The notes below the pieces were generated by a model, which saw nothing but the letters and a program-made list of their open reading frames with translations, was not told the origin of the DNA and did no database searches. A stretch of 64,000 bases of DNA from a virus (lineage: Duplodnaviria; Caudoviricetes), in the IMG/VR virus record IMGVR_UViG_2700989005_000001, positions 32,001-96,000 of that record; one strand, given 5' to 3'. Positions 37,382 through 45,551 of this stretch are shown here, one piece after another. Positions within the stretch are counted from its first letter, which is position 1, and each line of letters starts with the position of its first letter. A program made the position numbers and the translations under genes.

Positions 37382-37402
37382 GCGGAAAAATTCCGTCTCA
37401 TC

Positions 37403-37451
37403 TTAGTAGTATTAGTGGTTTTAGTGAAGTTAGAGATATTAGGAGTATTAG
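37403..37451 (+). repeat. six TTAG units at exact 9-nt spacing
   Basis: TTAG at 37403, 37412, 37421, 37430, 37439, 37448; overlaps AGGAG RBS. Confidence 0.85.
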
Positions 37452-37452
37452 A

Positions 37453-38154
37453 GTGAAGAAATCAATTCTCGTGGCAGTTACAGTCGCAGTACTGGCAGGT
37501 TGTGGTGAAAGACCACAACTTGAAACCAAGACTGGTAAAAAATTCACAACTGTAAATGCAGTTGTGAATAAAAAAGAGCGTGAAATGATCAACTACTGGC
37601 TGGCAGATGCTGACGCTAGTAACTATTTGTATAACCCATTGTGGACTGCTCTTGCCACTCGTAACAAATACGGTTCTAATGCAGTGCGACGTTCAGACGA
37701 TGAAATCCCTTTCTGTGATGTGATTGCATCACTTGTCGAAGCCGAAGACGACATTCGCAGTACATACGAACGCACGATGAGTAACCAGTGGCGAACGCAG
37801 TATGGTATTAGTTTGAGTGAGCAATGTAATTACGATGCTCCTGAATCTCTAGAAGAGAAAGCACAGCGCGTTGAAAAACTTGAAATGCAAGCTGAGTTAA
37901 ATCAGCGTGAACAAAACGCATTGTCTGGTAATATCAACAATATGGATGATGTTCAAGACGCGACAATCGAGCTGTTAGACCCGCATGAGTATGACTATCT
38001 CATTGAATCTGCACGCGACTGCAATCGAGCTAAAACAAAGTTACTTGAGCTAACGCAAGCAGGTAAACCATTAACACAAGCTGACGGGTCTGAAGCGCGT
38101 AAGTTGATAATCGAATGCAAAATGCATAAACTTGAAGTTGAATTGAATAAGTGA
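37453..38154 (+). CDS. lipoprotein, paralog of 43678-44397
   Basis: Lipobox LAGC; RSD.E.PFCDVI...SNQW...YGI.L.EQCN. Confidence 0.85.
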   Translation: MKKSILVAVTVAVLAGCGERPQLETKTGKKFTTVNAVVNKKEREMINYWLADADASNYLYNPLWTALATRNKYGSNAVRRSDDEIPFCDVIASLVEAEDDIRSTYERTMSNQWRTQYGISLSEQCNYDAPESLEEKAQRVEKLEMQAELNQREQNALSGNINNMDDVQDATIELLDPHEYDYLIESARDCNRAKTKLLELTQAGKPLTQADGSEARKLIIECKMHKLEVELNK

Positions 38155-38161
38155 GAAAAAC

Positions 38162-38932
38162 ATGTTAAGAACGAATATCGCAATTGAAGATCTAAAGATC
38201 AAAATGCACCCATTCGACCGAGTGGCAAATTCAGCGAATGATGAAAGTTCAGTTCGTGAATGGCGTCAATGTCCTGAAGTTATGAACGAAAATATCTTGA
38301 AGAACTCAGTACTACCGTCATGGGTTATTCGTGAATTTCACTGGCGTGATTATGCATTCAATCAACCGTCAATTAGCAATCTACCAGTCGAATATAAAAC
38401 TGAAAGTGGTGAAGTTGGTCGATGTCAATCACACTATCTCGGCGAGCTTGATTCGTGTAAGTCATGGCGCCCTGATCTATCTTCGTTAAACGCTCAGTAC
38501 ATTGACGCAACAGACGTAGATAAAGCATTGTGCGAGTTACAAGCCATTGATGTATTTTCACCGTCTGAGGGGTTTGAAGAAGGTCGAACTGAACCTATTA
38601 ACAACACTCATCATGGCATTACCGATCTTGAGCTTGAAGAAGCACTTGTCGAAGCTGAACTAGAATCAGCCATTGAAACAAGTCAGCAAATTTCTGACGT
38701 AGAACATGTTTATTACATGGACGAAAAGTATTATATTATAGGTGATGATCCGTTCGATGATGATTACTGTTATGCATTGTCTAATAGTAAGCATCCGCAG
38801 AGAATTGCAAAATCACAGATTGTAACAGCAGAACAGTACAAAGAAGCTGAAGTGTTGTCACATCAATTCCCTAGAATGTTTAAACCACAAGACTACGCCA
38901 AGCTTGTAAAATACATTCGTGAAAACGGTTAA
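38162..38932 (+). CDS. hypothetical protein
   Basis: 256-aa co-oriented ORF. Confidence 0.8.
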   Translation: MLRTNIAIEDLKIKMHPFDRVANSANDESSVREWRQCPEVMNENILKNSVLPSWVIREFHWRDYAFNQPSISNLPVEYKTESGEVGRCQSHYLGELDSCKSWRPDLSSLNAQYIDATDVDKALCELQAIDVFSPSEGFEEGRTEPINNTHHGITDLELEEALVEAELESAIETSQQISDVEHVYYMDEKYYIIGDDPFDDDYCYALSNSKHPQRIAKSQIVTAEQYKEAEVLSHQFPRMFKPQDYAKLVKYIRENG

Positions 38933-38937
38933 TCATG

Positions 38938-38945
38938 TATAAATA
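38938..38945 (+). promoter_or_regulatory. T4-type late promoter
   Basis: TATAAATA in intergenic gap. Confidence 0.75.
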
Positions 38946-38972
38946 CGATTTTAACATGAAAGGAATAACATA

Positions 38973-39506
38973 ATGGGATTACCATCAACTGGTCCAATAT
39001 CACTTAATGATGTTCGAATCGAGTTGGACAGACCTAGCGGGGCTATCTCGCTAGGTGATGCAGATGTGCGCGACCTAGCAGAGAGACCTAGCGGGTCGAT
39101 ATCAATGGGAGATCTTAGAGGTAAATCTGCATTCTCGCATACTATAGTTCGAGGGTTGTTATATCGTTTTGGTGAACCTCGTTCTTCTGGTTGGGGTTAT
39201 GCGAAAAATAGTCCGAACTTCGAAAACGCAGGTTCGTTGACTCCTACTACTATTGGTGGTAGAAGTGTAACTGACATAGCATATAGCGAAGACCAAATAT
39301 CGACTGAATCGTTCATTGCATTGTCTTCTGATCTAACACAATCAACACTACGAGTTACAACTGAAAGTGGTACTGTGTTTATATTCAGTCATCGCTCGCC
39401 GTCAAAGCGTTTTTACGAGTTGACATCTAACAATGAATCACAATGGAAGAGTTTCTTATCGACTGCGGTAGGGTCTTCGGCTAAAATTAACATCGAATAT
39501 TATTAA
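38973..39506 (+). CDS. putative virion/tail-fibre-associated protein
   Basis: Late promoter; LPSTGPISLNDVRIEL...ISLGD...ISMGDLRGKS N-terminus typical of phage fibre-associated proteins. Confidence 0.6.
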   Translation: MGLPSTGPISLNDVRIELDRPSGAISLGDADVRDLAERPSGSISMGDLRGKSAFSHTIVRGLLYRFGEPRSSGWGYAKNSPNFENAGSLTPTTIGGRSVTDIAYSEDQISTESFIALSSDLTQSTLRVTTESGTVFIFSHRSPSKRFYELTSNNESQWKSFLSTAVGSSAKINIEYY

Positions 39507-39514
39507 AAAAAAGC

Positions 39515-39543
39515 TTGCAATGTGAGAAAAAGAATAATATAAT
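39515..39543 (+). promoter_or_regulatory. early promoter
   Basis: TTGCAA 39515-39520, 17 bp, TATAAT 39538-39543. Confidence 0.75.
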
Positions 39544-39570
39544 GTATTCATTCAATAAGAGGAAGACATT

Positions 39571-40074
39571 ATGAAAAAACTTACTGCACTATCACTATTG
39601 CTTTTATCTAGCGTTGCAAGCGCAAATGCATCTACTAACGAACAGACTACGTTCATTGACGATGTTCAGGTTCGATTAGGTGGATGGTCTTATCACCTTT
39701 CAGGTGACGGATATTGTCCTGATTTAGCAGATAAATGTAAAACGTCTGTTTTTAAAGAGTACAATGAAACAAACAATGCAATTGGTGTTAGATATAAAAA
39801 TTGGGAAGTTATGACTTTAGAAAACAGCTTCTATGAGCGTAGTTTTGTTGCAGGTTATCACTTCACATACACACCAAGTAAAGAAATTGACTATGATTTA
39901 TTTCTTGGTCTAGCGACTGGTTATACTGAAGTTTATGATCTCGGTATTCTACCTGCGATTCAGCCATCAGTTACTTATTGGGCTACTGATAACTTAGGTG
40001 CAGAGCTTGGGTTGTTGATGGGTTCTGATATCTGGGTGCCAGTCGTAACTATGTCATTTAAAGCTCGTTTTTAA
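39571..40074 (+). CDS. outer-membrane beta-barrel protein, PagP-like
   Basis: Signal peptide (ANA), alternating beta-strands, terminal Phe; WSYH...YNE.N...ENS...AGY. Confidence 0.6.
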   Translation: MKKLTALSLLLLSSVASANASTNEQTTFIDDVQVRLGGWSYHLSGDGYCPDLADKCKTSVFKEYNETNNAIGVRYKNWEVMTLENSFYERSFVAGYHFTYTPSKEIDYDLFLGLATGYTEVYDLGILPAIQPSVTYWATDNLGAELGLLMGSDIWVPVVTMSFKARF

Positions 40075-40131
40075 TGGCACTTACACTCGAACATTCGAGA
40101 AACTTTAACAGCATAAAATGGGAGCCATACA

Positions 40132-41625
40132 ATGCTTAATCTTAATCAAAATATCGCAATCGCAACAGACAGCTACAAAGTTTCACACTGGTCTCAATTC
40201 CCTCGTGGTTTAGAGTACAGTCAATATTACGTTGAAAGCCGGGGCGGCAAGTTCGACAAAATTATGATCGATGGTATGGCATACATGTGTCGTATTCTCG
40301 AAAAAGGTGTTGCAATGAACGATGTCAAGCGTGCGAAACGTCTGTTCAAAAAGCACTTCGGTTCTGAAGTCTTCAATGACAAGGGTTGGGAAATCATCGT
40401 TAACGAACTGAACGGCAAACTGCCTATTAAGATTCGTGCGGTAAAAGAAGGTACTGTAGTACCAGTTAAGCACCCTATCTTGACGATTGAGAACACAGAT
40501 CCACGTTTCGGTTGGCTACCTGGTTATCTTGAAACGTTTATCTTACGTGCGATTTGGTACCCGACAACTGTAGCAACGATCTCGTTCGAAGTGAAGAAAA
40601 TCATTCGTGAATTCATGAAGAAAACGGTTGATGATGAACGCATTGCAGAACAAGAGCCGTTTAAACTTCACGACTTCGGTTCTCGTGGTGTGTCAAGTGG
40701 CGAATCAGCAGCTATTGGCGGCGCAGCTCACTTGAAAAACTTCTTGGGAACTGACAATGTAGAAGCACTTGTTGCAGTTGAAGAGCTTTACGCTGAAGAT
40801 GTTGAAGACTTCATTGCGGGATTCTCTATCCCTGCACGTGAACATTCAACAACTACAATCTACAAAGAATTTGGCGAAGATCAAGCATTCTTGAACTCTA
40901 TCGAGCAATGGGGCGCAGCTCTATACGCTTGTGTAATGGACAGCTACGACTACGAAGCAGCAATGAATCGTGTCTCAACTGGTCGTTTCAAAGAGCTAAT
41001 CATCAGTAAAGGCGGTACGTTTGTTGCTCGTCCTGACTCTGGTGTACCAGTAGATGTAGTAATGAAAGGTCTTGAGATTCTTGGTAAGAACGTTGGTTAC
41101 ACAATCAACAGCAAGGGTTACAAAGTTCTACACCCTAGTTACCGTATCATTCAAGGCGACGGCGTGAACATCGAAGAAATTCGTCGAATTCTATCTTACA
41201 TGGAAAGTAAAGGTTGGTCGGCAGAAAACATTGCATTCGGTATGGGTGGTGGTTTGCTTCAGCAACTTGACCGTGATACTCAACGTTTTGCAATGAAAAT
41301 GTCAGCGGCGATCATCAACGGCGAATACGTTAGTGTGTTCAAAATGCCGAAGACTGACCCAACAAAAGCATCAAAAGCAGGTTTCTTAGATTTGATTGCA
41401 GTCGATGCAGAAAATCCGAACCCAGCAGCTCGTGGTTACGTGACGTTCTCTACTGAAGATTACGACAATCGCGTACACCCTCAGAGCGTGATGCAGACAA
41501 TCTTCGAAAACGGTGTAACAGTTGCTGACTTCTCACTTGAAGAAGCTCGTAAACTGTCTGACGTGCAAGCTGATTTTATCAACGAAGGTGAATGGAAAAT
41601 CGCCAAGAAGATTCGAACAGCGTAA
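40132..41625 (+). CDS. nadV: nicotinamide phosphoribosyltransferase
   Basis: TDSYKVSH, LHDFGSRG, IPA.EHS, DSYD, RPDSG, IIQGDG, FGMGGGLLQ. Confidence 0.97.
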   Translation: MLNLNQNIAIATDSYKVSHWSQFPRGLEYSQYYVESRGGKFDKIMIDGMAYMCRILEKGVAMNDVKRAKRLFKKHFGSEVFNDKGWEIIVNELNGKLPIKIRAVKEGTVVPVKHPILTIENTDPRFGWLPGYLETFILRAIWYPTTVATISFEVKKIIREFMKKTVDDERIAEQEPFKLHDFGSRGVSSGESAAIGGAAHLKNFLGTDNVEALVAVEELYAEDVEDFIAGFSIPAREHSTTTIYKEFGEDQAFLNSIEQWGAALYACVMDSYDYEAAMNRVSTGRFKELIISKGGTFVARPDSGVPVDVVMKGLEILGKNVGYTINSKGYKVLHPSYRIIQGDGVNIEEIRRILSYMESKGWSAENIAFGMGGGLLQQLDRDTQRFAMKMSAAIINGEYVSVFKMPKTDPTKASKAGFLDLIAVDAENPNPAARGYVTFSTEDYDNRVHPQSVMQTIFENGVTVADFSLEEARKLSDVQADFINEGEWKIAKKIRTA

Positions 41626-41627
41626 AA

Positions 41628-41643
41628 CGTGACATTGATCACT
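41628..41643. promoter_or_regulatory. CRP-like binding site
   Basis: CGTGA-CATTGA-TCACT, centred about -62 of downstream promoter. Confidence 0.5.
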
Positions 41644-41658
41644 AAAAATCGTAAATTT

Positions 41659-41732
41659 AGGGTTGCTTCGGCAACCCTTTTTTTGTATTATATCTACATC
41701 GAAACGAGATACGAAAACAAAGAGAGAACATT
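41659..41732 (+). promoter_or_regulatory. early promoter/terminator stem-loop with conserved leader
   Basis: AGGGTTGC-TTCG-GCAACCCT-TTTT; TATTAT 41686-41691; ATCGAAACGAGATAC. Confidence 0.8.
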
Positions 41733-42059
41733 ATGCAACTAACTACTAACATGACTAAAGCTCAAAAAACTAAAGTTGTTGAAGGTTTCAACTTCGAGCG
41801 CGAAACAAATCAAGGTCAATATAAGTTTCGTAACGGTTCTTATGCTATGGAAGGTTCAGATGTCGCTCGTCGATTCAATCTAATTTCAACTATCGTGACT
41901 GGTAAGCCAGCTATTATCGCTGAAGCGACAGTTGCTGATTTCGACCGCATTATTCTTATGCAAACAATGACAGATCAATTCTTAACAATGAGTGCAGGTG
42001 CTGCTTCTCTTGAAGAATCTAACGAATTTGGTAAAAAGGTGCTTGCACACTTCGCTTAA
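41733..42059 (+). CDS. hypothetical early protein
   Basis: Canonical leader. Confidence 0.8.
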   Translation: MQLTTNMTKAQKTKVVEGFNFERETNQGQYKFRNGSYAMEGSDVARRFNLISTIVTGKPAIIAEATVADFDRIILMQTMTDQFLTMSAGAASLEESNEFGKKVLAHFA

Positions 42060-42111
42060 TTCAATTAGAATACTTACATCAACTTAAAATCGCTCAAATG
42101 GAGACAAAATA

Positions 42112-43341
42112 ATGGGTTCATTCAACACAACTTGCGCAATCTCACGTACACCTATTCTAGAAGGTCAGAAAGCGCGTGTGTTCTTCTTAGTCATGGACAC
42201 GTTTGATCAACATTACAACTTGCGCTCGAAATCGCTCTACAGCAATGTTCTAATGGGAAGTAAGTGTTACCCGTGGGATACGTTTAAAGTCATTGGTTAC
42301 CCGCTTCTAGCTAAGTATGCTGATTACAACAATTACGAATTCGAAGACGCTGATATGGAATCGTTGACGCTCAAGGCGATTAACAACATTTATATGCCGA
42401 ATCGTGTTCCAGAAGGGAAGTCGCTTGACGACTACAACGAATATCACGATTACATGGAAATTGATGAAATCGAAGATATGAATCAACTTCAAGACATGGA
42501 ACATAGCGGTGCGTTGCGTGTGAAAACGTGTCACGGCGTTAGTCTGATTGCGAAAATGGCAATTCACGAAGAGATTTATCAGCAAATGATTCTCGATGGT
42601 ACGTATACTACGGGTTGGGGTGAAGACGCGAAGACATACACGTTTACAGAAGAAGTTGACGAATTTGTAGCGAAATATTCAAAATCTACATCTAATCTTG
42701 AAATGATTTCAGCTCGTGGTAGACTTCAAATCGAACGTGCGCGTATTGAACTTGAAAAAGACGATACGAAAACAGAAGAAGAGAAGAAAGAAATCATTGA
42801 TAGTTTAATCGAACTGCAAGTTGACATGGTTAAATTTGATACGCAGTTCGAACGCTCGGAATGGTTGACTGAAACTCACCCGATTGTTGACATGAAAGAA
42901 AACGATTTCGGTCAAAAGATTGCTGAAGCATATATCGGTGGTAAATGGACGTCTCGCTTCTTCTTGGCGAATAACCTTGAATTTATGCCTGCTATGACTT
43001 CTGGTCAATGTCACGACATGTGTGCAGACGCTGAACGTCTTCGTAAAATGGCAGACATCATCGAAGATCTACAACCAGATTGGTATTTTGAAGAATCAGT
43101 TCAACTCAAAGTCGAGCGTACAACTCGCCTGACTCTACGCCGCGAAGATCTGCACGAGAAGTTCAGCGATTGGTATGACGAAGATGACCAAGAATATCAA
43201 GATTATCTTGCTGCCGTTGAATATATGAATGAACAAAGCAGTTTCACAGTCGGTGATAAGAACTGTAAAATGGCTCAATTCATCGAAGAATACGATGTGC
43301 TACGTGATGTAGACGACGGTCAAGTAATTAATTTCAACTAA
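42112..43341 (+). CDS. hypothetical protein (MGSFNxTC family)
   Basis: GGAG RBS; 409 aa, acidic. Confidence 0.85.
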   Translation: MGSFNTTCAISRTPILEGQKARVFFLVMDTFDQHYNLRSKSLYSNVLMGSKCYPWDTFKVIGYPLLAKYADYNNYEFEDADMESLTLKAINNIYMPNRVPEGKSLDDYNEYHDYMEIDEIEDMNQLQDMEHSGALRVKTCHGVSLIAKMAIHEEIYQQMILDGTYTTGWGEDAKTYTFTEEVDEFVAKYSKSTSNLEMISARGRLQIERARIELEKDDTKTEEEKKEIIDSLIELQVDMVKFDTQFERSEWLTETHPIVDMKENDFGQKIAEAYIGGKWTSRFFLANNLEFMPAMTSGQCHDMCADAERLRKMADIIEDLQPDWYFEESVQLKVERTTRLTLRREDLHEKFSDWYDEDDQEYQDYLAAVEYMNEQSSFTVGDKNCKMAQFIEEYDVLRDVDDGQVINFN

Positions 43342-43405
43342 ATAGTTGACAACAACGTTGAGTGGCTGTAATATGTCACTCAACAACTAACGAGAGAACA
43401 ATATC

Positions 43406-43666
43406 ATGAAAGATGAAGTAACTCTTCACATTAAAAATCATTGGCTACATCGCCGCGCATATGTAGTGCTTCACCAAAAGCCAATGAAATTCAGAAAGAA
43501 AGCATTAGCAGAGTGGGAAGAAAAACGCAGTGAATTCTGGTACGTTATTCAACGTCTTAACCCTGAATTTTTTGCTCAGTGCCCCGAAGGCATGCAACCG
43601 TACTTGACTTGCGTACCAACAGGGAACAATAACACACAATACTTCTACATCAAATTTGACAAATAA
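43406..43666 (+). CDS. hypothetical protein
   Basis: Preceded by TTGACA..TAATAT and GAGAG RBS. Confidence 0.75.
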   Translation: MKDEVTLHIKNHWLHRRAYVVLHQKPMKFRKKALAEWEEKRSEFWYVIQRLNPEFFAQCPEGMQPYLTCVPTGNNNTQYFYIKFDK

Positions 43667-43677
43667 GAGAGAACATC

Positions 43678-44397
43678 ATGAAAAAACTAATCGCAATCGC
43701 AGCACTAGCAGCATCAGTGGTAATGACTGGTTGTACTGACACTATTGACACTGCATCAACAGATCGTTTAGACGCGGCAAAACCCGTGCTATCTCAAACT
43801 GAAAAAGACATGCTGAACGTGTTTGCTGCGCCGAGTTTTCTAAGTCGTTATGATAACGTGTACGTTGAAATCGTTAAGAATCGAGTACATTTCGGTCAAG
43901 ATCCAACGCCTCGTTCAGATGCTGAAGTACCGTTCTGTGATGTCATTGACTCTGTAATTGCAGCAGAGCGTGAGCATGGTATGCTCGAACGAGACTACAC
44001 GTTGAGCAATCAATGGAAACTGAAGTACGGCATCCCGTTGGTTGAGCAATGTAATAAATCTGACCGCGCTCGAATTGCAATGCAAATCAAACTTGCGAAA
44101 GAAGAAGCCGAAGAAATCAAAGATCGCGTCGTAATCGAAGAACAAGAATTCAGCAAGAAAGAAATCAAAGCTGAAAAAGTAATTGAAGAGTCTGTAGTGA
44201 TTAATGACGATGTGCTTCTATCACCTGAGCTTGTTCGTGACCTACGTGGTTCAGTTAAAGACTGTAATCGAGCTAAGGTGAAACTAATGAGCGTAGTCGA
44301 TGCTGGTGAACCACTAACAACCAAGCATTATGATGAAGTCAAAGGTCTAGTTCTACAGTGTGAAATGCTCAAGTTAGAAGTTGAAATCAACAAATAA
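43678..44397 (+). CDS. lipoprotein, paralog of 37453-38154
   Basis: Lipobox MTGC; shared PFCDVI, SNQW, DCNRAK, KLEVE.NK. Confidence 0.85.
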   Translation: MKKLIAIAALAASVVMTGCTDTIDTASTDRLDAAKPVLSQTEKDMLNVFAAPSFLSRYDNVYVEIVKNRVHFGQDPTPRSDAEVPFCDVIDSVIAAEREHGMLERDYTLSNQWKLKYGIPLVEQCNKSDRARIAMQIKLAKEEAEEIKDRVVIEEQEFSKKEIKAEKVIEESVVINDDVLLSPELVRDLRGSVKDCNRAKVKLMSVVDAGEPLTTKHYDEVKGLVLQCEMLKLEVEINK

Positions 44398-44413
44398 TGT
44401 GACTTGAATCACA
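44398..44413. promoter_or_regulatory. CRP binding site (perfect core)
   Basis: TGTGA-CTTGAA-TCACA with AT-rich flanks, centred about -81 of downstream promoter. Confidence 0.6.
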
Positions 44414-44439
44414 AAAAGCCCCTTAATTGGGGCTTTTTT
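44413..44439 (+). terminator. rho-independent terminator (repeated type)
   Basis: AAAAAGCCCCTTAATTGGGGCTTTTTT. Confidence 0.85.
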
Positions 44440-44450
44440 CGTTTTAGTGG

Positions 44451-44525
44451 TTGCATGATAATCAATAAAACCCTATTATTACTACATCGAAACGAGATTA
44501 CATTTTAATAATTGGAGATTATATT
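44451..44525 (+). promoter_or_regulatory. early promoter with conserved leader
   Basis: TTGCAT 44451-44456, TATTAT 44474-44479, ATCGAAACGAGAT. Confidence 0.75.
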
Positions 44526-45032
44526 ATGTTTTACAAATTTACTAACGAAAAGAAAGTAGTCACTAAAACTCGCCCACTACGTGTAAATGATAAAGTTTCA
44601 ATCGTTTTTGAATCAGGTCGTGTAGACGAAAATATGATTAAAGTTCATAGTGACTCAACTTTAAATTCAGCCACGTTTGTCTCGACAGATACAGGTCATG
44701 CATTGTCTGTAGTTGACGGTCTTACTACTACAGGAGCAGAAGTCTCACATTATCTAACTGAGTGGGGTGGTCGTGAGTGCATTGTTGATAAAAACACGCT
44801 TACGTTCGAATACGAAACTACTAAAAACACGCGAGTTAAAGTTCCCTTTCAATCAGGTGAATTTATCAAAGCATGGGTTAATGATGAATACGTTGATGTG
44901 CAAGTTCTGTATGCGTCAGATCGAAAGCTGGTAATCATTGATTTTGAATCTGAAGATGAAGATGTATATGAAATCGAACCAGATCATATGCCAAGCGGTT
45001 TTGAATTTGAATTTGAAGTAACGTATGAATAA
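44526..45032 (+). CDS. hypothetical early protein
   Basis: GGAG RBS. Confidence 0.8.
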   Translation: MFYKFTNEKKVVTKTRPLRVNDKVSIVFESGRVDENMIKVHSDSTLNSATFVSTDTGHALSVVDGLTTTGAEVSHYLTEWGGRECIVDKNTLTFEYETTKNTRVKVPFQSGEFIKAWVNDEYVDVQVLYASDRKLVIIDFESEDEDVYEIEPDHMPSGFEFEFEVTYE

Positions 45033-45059
45033 AAAAAGGGAGCGATTAGCTCCCCTTTT
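45031..45059. terminator. bidirectional terminator
   Basis: A-run GGGAGC-GATTA-GCTCCC T-run between convergent genes. Confidence 0.75.
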
Positions 45060-45276
45060 CGTTCTTTTGCATTAAAGCATTCAGTGATTTTAATGATTTG
45101 ATTTCAGGTGCTTGAGGTCGTAAGTCTTCAAGAATATGAATAACTGACTCAAGTGGTAATTCGTGTTCGACTATTTCACGCGGTAATACGTGCTTATACA
45201 CGCAATCATCACCCCAATCAATGACAACAACCTGTTCCCATTTATCAATTGCGAGAATATTGAAATTTGCTTTCAT
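45046..45276 (-). CDS. hypothetical protein (lone minus-strand gene)
   Basis: GAGAG RBS on - strand, fills gap, convergent terminator. Confidence 0.7.
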   Translation of the reverse strand: MKANFNILAIDKWEQVVVIDWGDDCVYKHVLPREIVEHELPLESVIHILEDLRPQAPEIKSLKSLNALMQKNEKGS

Positions 45277-45344
45277 AAAATGTTGACTCTCATTGTGTTA
45301 TTGTGTAAAATGTATTTTATCGCAAGTAAGAAAGGTATTAAACA

Positions 45345-45548
45345 ATGCGTCTACTTTCACAAGACTTAGTGCGCTTGCGTGTTGAAGAACTTCCCTTTGT
45401 TAAATTAAGTGTTGAACAGCAGATTAAAATATGCGATTATCTCAACACGCTCGATGACGAGACTATCTATACTTTAGAGAAGCACACTGAAACATCAGCA
45501 GGTGCTCGTAAACTATTAAAATTTCTTTTAAAGAAAATTGGAGATTAA
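45345..45548 (+). CDS. hypothetical protein
   Basis: AAGG RBS; TTGACT..TAAAAT promoter upstream. Confidence 0.75.
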   Translation: MRLLSQDLVRLRVEELPFVKLSVEQQIKICDYLNTLDDETIYTLEKHTETSAGARKLLKFLLKKIGD

Positions 45549-45551
45549 ATT

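Noticed and set aside
37398-37592. Minus-strand ORF with Leu every third residue
   Set aside because: Antisense to the lipoprotein gene; the Leu periodicity is a by-product of the TTAG 9-mer repeat.
44451-44469. Fur-box-like ATGATAATCA in promoter spacer
   Set aside because: Only about 12 of 19 positions match in AT-rich DNA.
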